A stretch of DNA of 49,038 bases from Candidatus Berkelbacteria bacterium (lineage in GTDB: Bacteria > Patescibacteriota > UBA1384 > 2-12-FULL-50-11), in contig JAUSEP010000041.1 of the NCBI GenBank assembly GCA_030650195.1, positions 1-49,038 of the forward strand, in the 5' to 3' direction. The translations under genes and the position numbers were made by a program. Positions within the stretch are counted from its first letter, which is position 1, and each line of letters opens with the position of its first letter. The notes under the pieces are model-generated. The model was not told the DNA's origin and searched no databases. It saw nothing but the letters and a program-made list of their open reading frames with translations. Below are positions 31,601-40,194 of this stretch, in pieces.

Positions 31601-32283
31601 TGCGGGTACCACCAGCATTAGTACTAGTTACGGTACTTCTACTCGGTTTTCTTTTTAGCTCTACTGTTTACTTCTACTCAAAAAGTCGTCCTTCAGCCAA
31701 GAATACCGGTGACAAAACAGCTTTCTCGGGAGATTTACCTCAGTTAACTGCCAGTGAAACGAGCAAGAAGGTGGACGAGCTAACTAAACCTGCCGACCCA
31801 AAAGGACGTCTTAGCTACCCGGCAAACGTTTATACGGTAGAAACTAAAGAAACTTTGTTTGGAATTGGCTCAAAATTTGGTATTGACTGGAAATTGATCA
31901 AGCTTGCTAACGGCATAACAAACGAAAACCTTATCCAGACTGGCTACACCCTGGTTGTACCAAGGGTTGAAACTACAACAGATATGTACAGAGTCAATTT
32001 CAAAATTGACGAAGACAAAGCAAGCGAATTAAACCGAGAGCTTCGCGATAAAGGAAGCGATTCTTTGTTCAACCCGGTGGATGTAGCAAAAAAGGACGCG
32101 GTTCCTTATTTCGGGATCACCGCCGAAGATGAGTTTACCTTACTAGAACAAGATGAAAGCCGTGGAACGGCCCTGGTTCAAGCAAAAAATAGTAATGCCT
32201 CAACTGTAGTTGGACTTTACCAACCGAAAGAAAAGGGCAAAAAAGGTTTTTGGGCTGTGCTATATGTTGAGCTAAGGAACTAA
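31600..32283 (+). CDS. Membrane-anchored LysM-domain protein
   Basis: It has an N-terminal TM helix (ALVLVTVLLLGFLFSSTVYF). The LysM motif is YTVETKETLFGIGSKFGIDWKLIKLANGITNENLIQTGYTLVVP. Its ATG overlaps the secY TAA, and its TAA overlaps the adk ATG. Confidence 0.8.
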   Translation: MRVPPALVLVTVLLLGFLFSSTVYFYSKSRPSAKNTGDKTAFSGDLPQLTASETSKKVDELTKPADPKGRLSYPANVYTVETKETLFGIGSKFGIDWKLIKLANGITNENLIQTGYTLVVPRVETTTDMYRVNFKIDEDKASELNRELRDKGSDSLFNPVDVAKKDAVPYFGITAEDEFTLLEQDESRGTALVQAKNSNASTVVGLYQPKEKGKKGFWAVLYVELRN

Positions 32284-32879
32284 TGAAGGAACAGTCAACG
32301 ATCTTTGTAGTTTTTGGACCCCAGGGTTCGGGTAAGAGCACTCAAGTCGAGCGTTTAGCAGAACGGGCTTCGATGAAGGTCTTTGAGGCAGGAAAAGAGC
32401 TTAGATCGCGCTCCGTTGTTGACGAAAGTCTTCATCGCCAAATAAGTCAAGGCATACTGGTTGCCGACGAAACAATGCTCGAGATTGTTGACCAATTCAT
32501 CTCCGAAAATCCTAGCCCGAAGGGATACGTTTTTGATGGGTATCCCAGAAATCTCAACCAGTTTAAGGGCTTTGAGAGCTTGGTGAAAAAGTACGGTTGG
32601 AGCGTAGCTGGAATATTTGTCAATCTTTCAGATGAGTCGGCCAAAAAGCGGCTAGAAACCAGATTCCAGATCGTTGACGGTCAAAAAATAACTCGTGAGG
32701 ATGATAGGCCAGAGATTGTTCAAAAAAGACTTGATACTTTTAAACAAGAGACATTACCGCTTAAAGAAAAATTCGCTCAAATTTACAAATTGCTCGAGAT
32801 TGACGGGGAGCCATCTATGGATACGGTAACTTCCGAGATATCTGAGGCGGTAGATCGGTTCCTTAATGACGGCGATTAA
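32283..32879 (+). CDS. adk: Adenylate kinase (short-lid type)
   Basis: The P-loop is FGPQGSGKSTQ and another motif is FDGYPRN. It has 198 aa and no Cys4 lid. Confidence 0.93.
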   Translation: MKEQSTIFVVFGPQGSGKSTQVERLAERASMKVFEAGKELRSRSVVDESLHRQISQGILVADETMLEIVDQFISENPSPKGYVFDGYPRNLNQFKGFESLVKKYGWSVAGIFVNLSDESAKKRLETRFQIVDGQKITREDDRPEIVQKRLDTFKQETLPLKEKFAQIYKLLEIDGEPSMDTVTSEISEAVDRFLNDGD

Positions 32880-33600
32880 CAAAGATCTTATTGAAGCAGG
32901 TAGGATTGCTGCTAACACCCACAAAGAGATTGCAAAACTTGCTACCCCGGGCACCAATTTACTGACAATCGAGAAGAAGGCTAGAGATCTAATTGCAGCT
33001 TCCGGAGCAAATGCTGCATTTTTAGGCTATAAAGGTTATCCTGCTGCTAGCTGTCTATCTGTAAACTCTGCGGTTGTTCACGCTATTCCACAGAATTACG
33101 TCTTAAAGCCAGGTGACGTACTGTCAGTTGATCTCGGAGTAGAAAAGAATGGTTGGATTGTAGACACTGCTTGGTCGCATGCGGTAGGGGAGGTTACTCC
33201 GAGAGTGGCTCAATTACTTTCCGTAACCAAAAAGTCTCTTGACGAGGCAATAAAGCTCGCACGCATTGGAAATAGAGTCGGAGATATTGGTGAAAAAGTT
33301 CAAAAAATTGTTGAAGGGGCCGGGTTTCACATAATTCGTGACTTAACTGGCCACGGCGTAGGAAAAGAGCTACAGATGCCTCCTAGTATCCCTAATTATG
33401 GGCGAACAGGAACCGGAGCCGAGATTAAAGAGGGCATGGTCCTGGCTCTTGAACCTATAACAGCTATCCAGCCGGTACAACTCACGATAGAAAACGACAA
33501 CTGGACTATACGGGCCCATCCCGACGTAGTTTGCGCACATTTTGAACATACAATAATAGTGACGCATACAGGTCCAGTCGTCTTGACTAAAGTAGCTTAA
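32866..33600 (+). CDS. map: Methionine aminopeptidase type I
   Basis: Metal-ligand context is present: SVDLGVEKNGWIVDTA, GHGVG, LEP, EHT. 244 aa. Confidence 0.94.
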   Translation: MTAINKDLIEAGRIAANTHKEIAKLATPGTNLLTIEKKARDLIAASGANAAFLGYKGYPAASCLSVNSAVVHAIPQNYVLKPGDVLSVDLGVEKNGWIVDTAWSHAVGEVTPRVAQLLSVTKKSLDEAIKLARIGNRVGDIGEKVQKIVEGAGFHIIRDLTGHGVGKELQMPPSIPNYGRTGTGAEIKEGMVLALEPITAIQPVQLTIENDNWTIRAHPDVVCAHFEHTIIVTHTGPVVLTKVA

Positions 33601-33620
33601 ATCAGGTAGAATAATTTAAG

Positions 33621-33842
33621 ATGTCGGAAAAAGAAGGTGTAATTGCGCTAGATGGTCTCGTCGATGAGGCTCTGCCAAACACCCAGTATCGCGTCGCCCT
33701 CGATAACGGACAGACCGTTTTGGGCTATGTTTCCGGCCGAATGCGTAAACATAGAATCCGAATCCTCCCTGGAGATCGGGTTACGGTAGAAATGTCACCT
33801 TATGACTTAACTAAGGGACGAATAACCAAGAGATTAACCTAA
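33621..33842 (+). CDS. infA: Translation initiation factor IF-1
   Basis: [37 protein letters not shown]. Confidence 0.96.
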   Translation: MSEKEGVIALDGLVDEALPNTQYRVALDNGQTVLGYVSGRMRKHRIRILPGDRVTVEMSPYDLTKGRITKRLT

Positions 33843-33853
33843 ATTAAATAATA

Positions 33854-33967
33854 ATGAAAGTACACGTAGGAGTTAAGAAGCGTTGCCAGAAGTGCAAAAA
33901 TGTCCGCCGCAAGGGGGTGCTTCGTAATATCTGCGAAAATCGCCGCCACAACCAGAGACAGGGATAA
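33854..33967 (+). CDS. rpmJ: 50S ribosomal protein L36
   Basis: It is below the ORF-track cutoff. Hand translation: [37 protein letters not shown] (37 aa). Confidence 0.9.
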   Translation: MKVHVGVKKRCQKCKNVRRKGVLRNICENRRHNQRQG

Positions 33968-33969
33968 TT

Positions 33970-34356
33970 ATGCCACGAATTGCCGGAGTCAACATTCCAG
34001 ATAATAAACGAGTAGAGATTGGTTTGAGCTATATTTATGGCTTAGGTGTTTCTAACTCACAGGAACTTCTTAAGAAGTTAAAGATCGATGGTAACCCAAA
34101 ATTCAGTGAGCTAACTGACGCTCAGATTGATTTAGTTCGTAACCATATCGAAAAAGATATGACGGTAGAAGGGGATCTAAAACAGATGGTCCAACAGAAT
34201 ATTCGCCGTCTTAAGGATATTGCTAGCTACCGTGGGCACCGTCACGCTCGAAACTTGCCAGTTCATGGTCAACGCACCAAGACTAATGCTCGTACAAAGC
34301 GTGGCAAGAAAGTAACAGTAGGCTCAGGACGCAAGAAGTCAGCTGAAAAAACATAA
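33970..34356 (+). CDS. rpsM: 30S ribosomal protein S13
   Basis: MPRIAGVNIPDNKRVEIGLSYIYGLG. Confidence 0.97.
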   Translation: MPRIAGVNIPDNKRVEIGLSYIYGLGVSNSQELLKKLKIDGNPKFSELTDAQIDLVRNHIEKDMTVEGDLKQMVQQNIRRLKDIASYRGHRHARNLPVHGQRTKTNARTKRGKKVTVGSGRKKSAEKT

Positions 34357-34364
34357 AATAAATA

Positions 34365-34754
34365 ATGGCAAAAGCAACTAAAACAAAGAAGAAGGTTGTA
34401 CCGATCGTTGACGAAGTACTTGTCAGCGTCCACTCAACTTTCAACAACACTATCATAACTGCCAGCATTGTTGGTTCGGGAAATGTAATAGGCTGGACTT
34501 CGTCTGGTCAGGCTGGTTTCAAAGGAGCCAAGAAAGGCACGCCGTACGCTGCAACTACTGCAATGAAGGTACTGCTAGATAAAATAGCGGAATACCAACC
34601 TAAATCCATCCAGATCCGTGTTGTCGGAGCTGGTAACGGTCGAGACGCAGCCTTACGAGCAATCGCTGGCTCAGGTTACAAAGTAACATCTATCGCTGAT
34701 GTGACCCCGTTACCGCATAACGGTACCCGGGCCAAGAAAGCAAGGAGAGTTTAA
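34365..34754 (+). CDS. rpsK: 30S ribosomal protein S11
   Basis: HSTFNNTIITAS...GFKGAKKGTPYAA...TPLPHNGTRAKKARRV. Confidence 0.96.
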   Translation: MAKATKTKKKVVPIVDEVLVSVHSTFNNTIITASIVGSGNVIGWTSSGQAGFKGAKKGTPYAATTAMKVLLDKIAEYQPKSIQIRVVGAGNGRDAALRAIAGSGYKVTSIADVTPLPHNGTRAKKARRV

Positions 34755-35245
34755 TGATACAAAAACAACAGCAACAGCGTCGCCGTAAAATTACAGAATA
34801 CGGTTACCAACTACAAGAAAAACAAAAAGCCAAACAAGCCTATGGTTTGCGTGAGAAGCAGTTTCACCTCTATTTTGCTTCGGCTGCTAAAAACCGTTCC
34901 GAAACCGGCAATACTCTTCTGCAGATATTGGAGTCTCGAATAGATAACGTAATTTTTCGTTCAGGTTTAGCTATAAGCCGCCCGCAAGCCCGACAGCTCA
35001 TAAGCCACCGCCACTTTGCTCTAAACGGCAAGCGAGTGAGCATACCTTCGATACTGGTCAAGCCTGGTGACGTAATTACCCCAAATACCCCGAAAACTGT
35101 TCACTTTGAAGCTGAACGAGGTATCGCTGCATGGCTTGATCTAAACAAAAAAAGCCTTTCAATTACAGTGGAGCGGCTACCTAGCGCCGACGAGCTACCA
35201 TTGGAATTTGATACTCAGAAGATTGTTCAGTTCTACTCAAGGTAA
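34754..35245 (+). CDS. rpsD: 30S ribosomal protein S4 (short N-terminus)
   Basis: YGYQLQEKQKAKQAYGL...LESRIDNVIFRSGLAISRPQARQLISHRHF (S4 domain). It has only 163 aa. Confidence 0.93.
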   Translation: MIQKQQQQRRRKITEYGYQLQEKQKAKQAYGLREKQFHLYFASAAKNRSETGNTLLQILESRIDNVIFRSGLAISRPQARQLISHRHFALNGKRVSIPSILVKPGDVITPNTPKTVHFEAERGIAAWLDLNKKSLSITVERLPSADELPLEFDTQKIVQFYSR

Positions 35246-35249
35246 AGTG

Positions 35250-35278
35250 TTGAGTTTTAAAGAGAAAACTGGTAGAAT
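35250..35278 (+). promoter_or_regulatory. Candidate internal promoter upstream of rpoA
   Basis: TTGAGT (35250..35255), a 17-nt spacer, then TAGAAT (35273..35278). A GGAGG SD lies before the ATG at 35310. Confidence 0.4.
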
Positions 35279-35309
35279 ATTTAAACAGCTGGAGGTAAAA
35301 AAATAAAAA

Positions 35310-36143
35310 ATGTCACACAAATTATCTGAAGTTTCATTGATGCAAGTTAAAGAGGATCACGCCGATGGCGACAAGGCCCGCTTTATCATAGAACCGTTAA
35401 GTCCAGGGTTTGGCTTAACTGTTGGTAATGCTATACGACGTGTCTTACTATCGTCACTGCCAGGTGCTGCCATAACCTCAATTCGAATTGACGGCGTCGC
35501 TCACGAGTTTTCAACGATCAAAGGTGTTACCGAAGATGTTGTGGACTTAATTCTTAATCTCAAACAGATCCGTTTCAAGCTTGAGTCCAACGAGCCTCAG
35601 GTGGTTGTATTGGACGTTAAGGGTCCACACACTGCTACTGCCGCTGACTTCAAATGCCCAACAGGTGTAAAAGTTATTAATAAAACTTCTAAAGTAGCCG
35701 ATTTGGTTACGGGCGGTAAATTACTACTTGAAGCAACAGTTGAAAAAGGTCGTGGTTACTTACCAACCGAGCAACGCAAGGAAGAAAAGCTACCTATTGG
35801 CGTAATCGCAATAGATGCGGCCTTTGCTCCGATTAAACGCGTAAACTTCGAAGTTGAAAACACACGTGTCGGTAAGATGACTAACTTCGACAAACTAATC
35901 GTTGAGATCGAGACTGATGGTTCAATTACACCTCAGGATGCGTTCGAAAAATCTGCTGATATTCTTGTTGATCACTTCTCGGTTCTAGCAGGTTCTGCAT
36001 CTAGTACTCCCGTAGTCGAACCAGCGGTTGTTGACGACGAATTAGCCGAAGAAGTGGTTACCCCAGTAGCTGACGAGCCTAAGGTTAAGAAAACCGCTAC
36101 CAAGCCTAAAACGACAAAGACTAAAACGGTTAAGAAAGGCTAA
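35310..36143 (+). CDS. rpoA: DNA-directed RNA polymerase subunit alpha (N-terminal domain only, low-complexity tail)
   Basis: NTD motifs are present: FIIEPLSPGFGLTVGNAIRRVLLSSLPGAAITSIRIDGV. At 277 aa it ends in an acidic then Lys/Thr-rich tail. No LELSVRSANCL-type alpha-CTD motif is present. Confidence 0.93.
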   Translation: MSHKLSEVSLMQVKEDHADGDKARFIIEPLSPGFGLTVGNAIRRVLLSSLPGAAITSIRIDGVAHEFSTIKGVTEDVVDLILNLKQIRFKLESNEPQVVVLDVKGPHTATAADFKCPTGVKVINKTSKVADLVTGGKLLLEATVEKGRGYLPTEQRKEEKLPIGVIAIDAAFAPIKRVNFEVENTRVGKMTNFDKLIVEIETDGSITPQDAFEKSADILVDHFSVLAGSASSTPVVEPAVVDDELAEEVVTPVADEPKVKKTATKPKTTKTKTVKKG

Positions 36144-36145
36144 GG

Positions 36146-36565
36146 ATGTGGCGGGTATTGCGCGCACAGTCGGATTTTTCCAACACCACGCTGCGCAATC
36201 AGCTAACTTCCTTGGTTTTGTACGAAGCAATCGTTACTGGTCGCTTGAACGGTAAGCAGCTAGTTTCTTTTGCAGACAGATTTTTTCACAAAGTGAAATC
36301 CGCTGATCTTACAGCACACAAATTTGCCCACTCGGTACTGTTGGACAAGAACGCTGTTAAAAAAGTGTTTGAGGAGATTCTACCTCGCTATGATGCAAGC
36401 TCTACAAATTATGTTCGAGCAATAAATGCCGCTCCCCGAAGAGGAGATAACGCAAAACAATTAGCAGTCATGTTAATTAAAGAGTCAAAAGTAGAATCCA
36501 AAAAAATAGCTCCTGCACCTAAGGTCACCCAAGAAGCCGCAACAACGAAGAAGGAAGCTAAATAA
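36146..36565 (+). CDS. rplQ: 50S ribosomal protein L17 (divergent)
   Basis: Assigned by its position after rpoA. It has TLRNQLTSLVLYEAIVT and NYVRAINAAPRRGDNA, matching the L17 layout. Confidence 0.85.
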   Translation: MWRVLRAQSDFSNTTLRNQLTSLVLYEAIVTGRLNGKQLVSFADRFFHKVKSADLTAHKFAHSVLLDKNAVKKVFEEILPRYDASSTNYVRAINAAPRRGDNAKQLAVMLIKESKVESKKIAPAPKVTQEAATTKKEAK

Positions 36566-36933
36566 TGCATACTGTTATAAACCGAGCTACTCACAAAATT
36601 GATGCCTCTGGACGTATTCTTGGTCGTTTAGCAACTGAAATTGCTACAATACTGCGCGGTAAGAATAAGACAGGTTTTACCCTACACGAGGACCACGGAG
36701 ACTTGGTTGTTGTATCTAACGCCAATAAGATAGTGGTTACCGGTAACAAACTGAGTCAGAAGATGTATTACACCCACTCCGGCTACCCGGGCACACTAAA
36801 GGGAAAACCGTTATCTGAAATGATCGATTCTAAACCAGAACGCGTTATTATGCTAGCTGTTCGTAATATGCTTCCAGACAATCGTTTACGACAGCACTGG
36901 CTAAAACGTTTAACTTTTGAAAAAAATGCCTAA
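36565..36933 (+). CDS. rplM: 50S ribosomal protein L13
   Basis: IDASGRILGRLATEIATILRGKNK...YYTHSGYPG. Confidence 0.95.
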   Translation: MHTVINRATHKIDASGRILGRLATEIATILRGKNKTGFTLHEDHGDLVVVSNANKIVVTGNKLSQKMYYTHSGYPGTLKGKPLSEMIDSKPERVIMLAVRNMLPDNRLRQHWLKRLTFEKNA

Positions 36934-37309
36934 ATTAGCTCTAGCTGCATGGTTTAAGGGAGTTGGCAGACGTAAGCGCGCCGTAGCGCAGGTTCGTTTG
37001 GTCAATGGCTCCGGAAAACTAACCGTCAACGAGAGAGAGATAGATCTTCCGCTCAAACTAAAACATGTTTTTGAGTTAGTTGATAGATTCGGTCAGTTTG
37101 ATGTCTCCGTTATTGCTCGGGGCGGGGGAATGCAGGGACAGGTTGACGCTATCGTTCTTGGTGTAGCACGCGCATTGGTTGAGATAAACCCAGATTGGCG
37201 TTCAACCCTTCGTAAGGGTGGCTACTTAACCCGCGACGCTCGTATTAAAGAACGTAAAAAACCGGGTCTTAAGAAAGCTCGAAAAGCTCCTCAGTGGGCA
37301 AAACGATAG
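36926..37309 (+). CDS. rpsI: 30S ribosomal protein S9
   Basis: GRRKRAVAQVRLVNGSGKLTVN...RKKPGLKKARKAPQWAKR. I use the ATG at 36926; the track starts at the TTG at 36917. Confidence 0.93.
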   Translation: MPKLALAAWFKGVGRRKRAVAQVRLVNGSGKLTVNEREIDLPLKLKHVFELVDRFGQFDVSVIARGGGMQGQVDAIVLGVARALVEINPDWRSTLRKGGYLTRDARIKERKKPGLKKARKAPQWAKR

Positions 37310-37344
37310 TTCGACTTTTCCAGGACAGCCAGTAAGATTGTTAT

Positions 37345-38061
37345 ATGTCGTTTCCGACAAATAACAAAAAAGCAGGAGGACTAAAGAAGTTGGTGATTAG
37401 CGTCGTTGTAGCAGTTGGCTTGTTGCTATTACTCCGCTTAATCGCCACTCCAGAGGAGATTGTGGGTAAATTAGCCGACTGGTACGGCCAGTACGGCTAT
37501 TGGGTTGTCTTTATTTCTGCCTTGATCGAGGGCATATTTGTTATCAATTTATACTTTCCGGGTTCAACTGCTATTTTGCTGGGAGGGGCCTTAGCTAGCC
37601 AGAACGAACTGTCAGCGATCATTTTGGTTCTGCTGATTATTCTCGGTTTCTTCATTTCCTATATTGCTAACTACTTCTTGGGCAGATATGGTTTGTATCA
37701 ATTACTGCTACGTTTTGGCTACAAGGAAGCCATCGAAGGGACAAAAGAGTCGTTAATCGCCGAGGGCCCAAAGATGATGCTCGTTTCGTTTTTCCATCCC
37801 AACGTTGGCTCAGTTGTCGCGACCGGAGCAGGAATTATTAAAATGCCTTTACGCCAATTCGCTATTTGGTGTCTCGTATCGTTAATTGTATGGGATACAA
37901 TTTGGGGAGTCGTCGTCTATGCGCTTGGTAGCCAAGTTATTTATCTACTCGGAAGTTGGCTAGCCATTCCGTTTATGCTTTTCTGGGTTTTCCTGATTTA
38001 CTTCATCCTTCGCCGTCATTCAACCTCAACCCGGAAGATTACGGAGACAAATCTTCGGTAA
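37345..38061 (+). CDS. DedA/SNARE-associated family membrane protein
   Basis: Multi-pass membrane protein. The core VVFISALIEGIFVINLYFPGSTAILLGGAL resembles the DedA signature. Confidence 0.65.
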   Translation: MSFPTNNKKAGGLKKLVISVVVAVGLLLLLRLIATPEEIVGKLADWYGQYGYWVVFISALIEGIFVINLYFPGSTAILLGGALASQNELSAIILVLLIILGFFISYIANYFLGRYGLYQLLLRFGYKEAIEGTKESLIAEGPKMMLVSFFHPNVGSVVATGAGIIKMPLRQFAIWCLVSLIVWDTIWGVVVYALGSQVIYLLGSWLAIPFMLFWVFLIYFILRRHSTSTRKITETNLR

Positions 38062-38097
38062 TTTGGTTATTTGATCATTTGATGATTATATAGGTAT

Positions 38098-38805
38098 ATG
38101 GCGACGTTAATTCTTGACATTGAAACAGTAGGGGAGAGTTGGGAAGAAATTGACCCCGAGACTAAACAGCTTTTAGTCGATAGAGTGAAGCGTCAGCCAA
38201 ACTACTCTGAAGAAACTGATCCAGCTACGATCGCCGAAGAAACCTTAGGCCTTCAACCTTTCACAGGACGTATCGTTGTTATAGGGGCGTATGATCTGAC
38301 AAGCAAGAAATCTGTTGTTTGGTTTGATAACGAAGGCTCTAGCACAGAATCGGTTGAAGAGGGGGATGATAAGTTTCTTCCTGCTAGTGAAAAAGAAATG
38401 TTAGAAAAGTTTTGGGCTCTAGCAACACGCTACACACACTTCGTAACCTATAGCGGTCGTTCGCTAGATATGCCGTTCCTATTGCTTCGTTCAGCAATTC
38501 ATGGCATTAAACCCACAAAGGATTTAATGAGAGCACGATATCTATATCAACAGTCACCTGACGCTCAGCATATCGACCTCTTTGAACAACTATCGTTCTA
38601 CGGTTCGGTTAGTCGGCTAGGAGGGCTACACTTGGCCTGTAGAGCCTTCGGCATCACAACACCAAAGGATGGTGAGATTGATGGTTCTAAGGTTGGACAG
38701 TTTTTCAAAGATAAAAAGTATCTAGATATTGCCCGTTACAACGCTCGTGATCTTGCCTCTACGGCTCAGCTATACGAGAAGTGGAGACAGTTTTTGGCCT
38801 TCTAG
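38098..38805 (+). CDS. Predicted 3'-5' exonuclease (RNase H-like fold, PolB-exonuclease-related)
   Basis: The Exo I-like motif is LILDIETVG, the Exo II-like motif is YSGRSLDMPFLLLR and the Exo III-like motif is YNARDLASTAQLY. Confidence 0.6.
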   Translation: MATLILDIETVGESWEEIDPETKQLLVDRVKRQPNYSEETDPATIAEETLGLQPFTGRIVVIGAYDLTSKKSVVWFDNEGSSTESVEEGDDKFLPASEKEMLEKFWALATRYTHFVTYSGRSLDMPFLLLRSAIHGIKPTKDLMRARYLYQQSPDAQHIDLFEQLSFYGSVSRLGGLHLACRAFGITTPKDGEIDGSKVGQFFKDKKYLDIARYNARDLASTAQLYEKWRQFLAF

Positions 38806-38841
38806 CTTGAAAATCCCTTCCCAAACAGGGAAAATGCAGAG

Positions 38842-39156
38842 GTGAACAACAGATTAGAACAATTAAGCATTGCCTACAAGAAAGCTCTAGGAGCTATTCT
38901 TTTGAAGGAATTTCCGCACTTAACTCCCTTGACTGTAATTGATGTTTTAATTGATCCTTCTGGAAAGACTGGACGTGTTTGGCTATCAACAACCGAGGAG
39001 ATCCTAAAGGAAGTTGAGCAGAGGAGAGGAGACATCCAGGGTCAGCTAAAGGAACATGTAGTGACAAGATATACCCCGAAGATTAGTTTCGTTCTGGATG
39101 ATAAATATTTAGACAAAATAGATAACTTATTCACTGAGATAGAGCATGAAAGTTAG
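38842..39156 (+). CDS. rbfA: Ribosome-binding factor A (probable)
   Basis: 104 aa with a GTG start. LTVIDVLIDPSGKTGRVWLS resembles the RbfA core. This is a moderate call. Confidence 0.55.
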   Translation: MNNRLEQLSIAYKKALGAILLKEFPHLTPLTVIDVLIDPSGKTGRVWLSTTEEILKEVEQRRGDIQGQLKEHVVTRYTPKISFVLDDKYLDKIDNLFTEIEHES

Positions 39157-39517
39157 AGCCCTCCTGTTCGTTATTTTTACTGTCTGCTTATTTGCTCTAG
39201 GAGTTTTAGTGACAACTATCTTTAATACAGCCCCCGCTACAAACGATGCGGTTGCTATGTTCTATGCCTCTTTGTTTATTACTCTTTTTGGCTTGATCTT
39301 TTTTCTACTAATAGCGTTTACAAGACTTCAGACACACGTGAATCCTGGGCTTGCGGCATTAAAAGTAATGTTGCGTTTTGCTGTTATTACAGACGTTCTT
39401 ATCGTTGCCTTGCTAGCCTTAAAAGCAAATAATGTTTTAAATTGGGCTACTTCAATAGTACTGGTAGTTGTGGCAATAATAATTGGGGTTGTGCTAAAGA
39501 AACGAACTAAACAATGA
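39146..39517 (+). CDS. Multi-pass membrane protein, unknown function
   Basis: 123 aa with three or four hydrophobic helices. It overlaps both neighbouring genes. Confidence 0.55.
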   Translation: MKVRALLFVIFTVCLFALGVLVTTIFNTAPATNDAVAMFYASLFITLFGLIFFLLIAFTRLQTHVNPGLAALKVMLRFAVITDVLIVALLALKANNVLNWATSIVLVVVAIIIGVVLKKRTKQ

Positions 39518-40194
39518 CCGGACATCTTCACCCACTTACCATACTGACTGAGAAAATTTACGACTTTTTCAAGCCTTACGGGTTTGAGATTGTAACCGGA
39601 CCAGAGATAGTTACAACAGAAGATAACTTTGACAGTCTTAATATTCCTCCAGATCATCCAGCACGAAAAGGATTTGACACCTTCTACCTTAAAGACAGCA
39701 GAACCTTGCGCGCTCATATGACTGCGCTTTACTACCAGGCCATGAAAGATCGCCATCCCCCTGTAAGATTACTATTTCCAGGAAGATGTTTCCGTAACGA
39801 GTCTACGGACGCAACACACAACATGATCTTCCACCAGATGGATGTTTTAGTGATTGATGAAAAAACAAACCTTGGTAACCTAATCGCAACTTTACAGGAT
39901 TTAATGAAACACCTTGTTGGACCAGACCTAGAATTCAGAATTCGTTCTAGTTACTTTCCATTCACTGAGCCCTCTATTGAATTGGATATAAAGCGTCCGG
40001 GAGGAGATTGGTTAGAGATGCTTGGAGCGGGAATGGTGAACCCAAATGTTATAAAATACTACGGCCTTGATCCAGAAAAGTACCAAGGACTGGCGGTTGG
40101 TATGGGTTTGGAAAGAATTTTGAATGTTTCGTGCGGTGTTGATGATGTTCGCTACACCTTATCTGGTGACTATAGGTATCTAGGCCAATTCTAA
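39514..40194 (+). CDS. pheS: Phenylalanine--tRNA ligase alpha subunit (short, catalytic core only)
   Basis: FDSLNIPPDHPARKGFDTFYL, FRNESTDATHNMIFHQMD, GAGMVNPNV. 226 aa. Confidence 0.92.
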   Translation: MTGHLHPLTILTEKIYDFFKPYGFEIVTGPEIVTTEDNFDSLNIPPDHPARKGFDTFYLKDSRTLRAHMTALYYQAMKDRHPPVRLLFPGRCFRNESTDATHNMIFHQMDVLVIDEKTNLGNLIATLQDLMKHLVGPDLEFRIRSSYFPFTEPSIELDIKRPGGDWLEMLGAGMVNPNVIKYYGLDPEKYQGLAVGMGLERILNVSCGVDDVRYTLSGDYRYLGQF

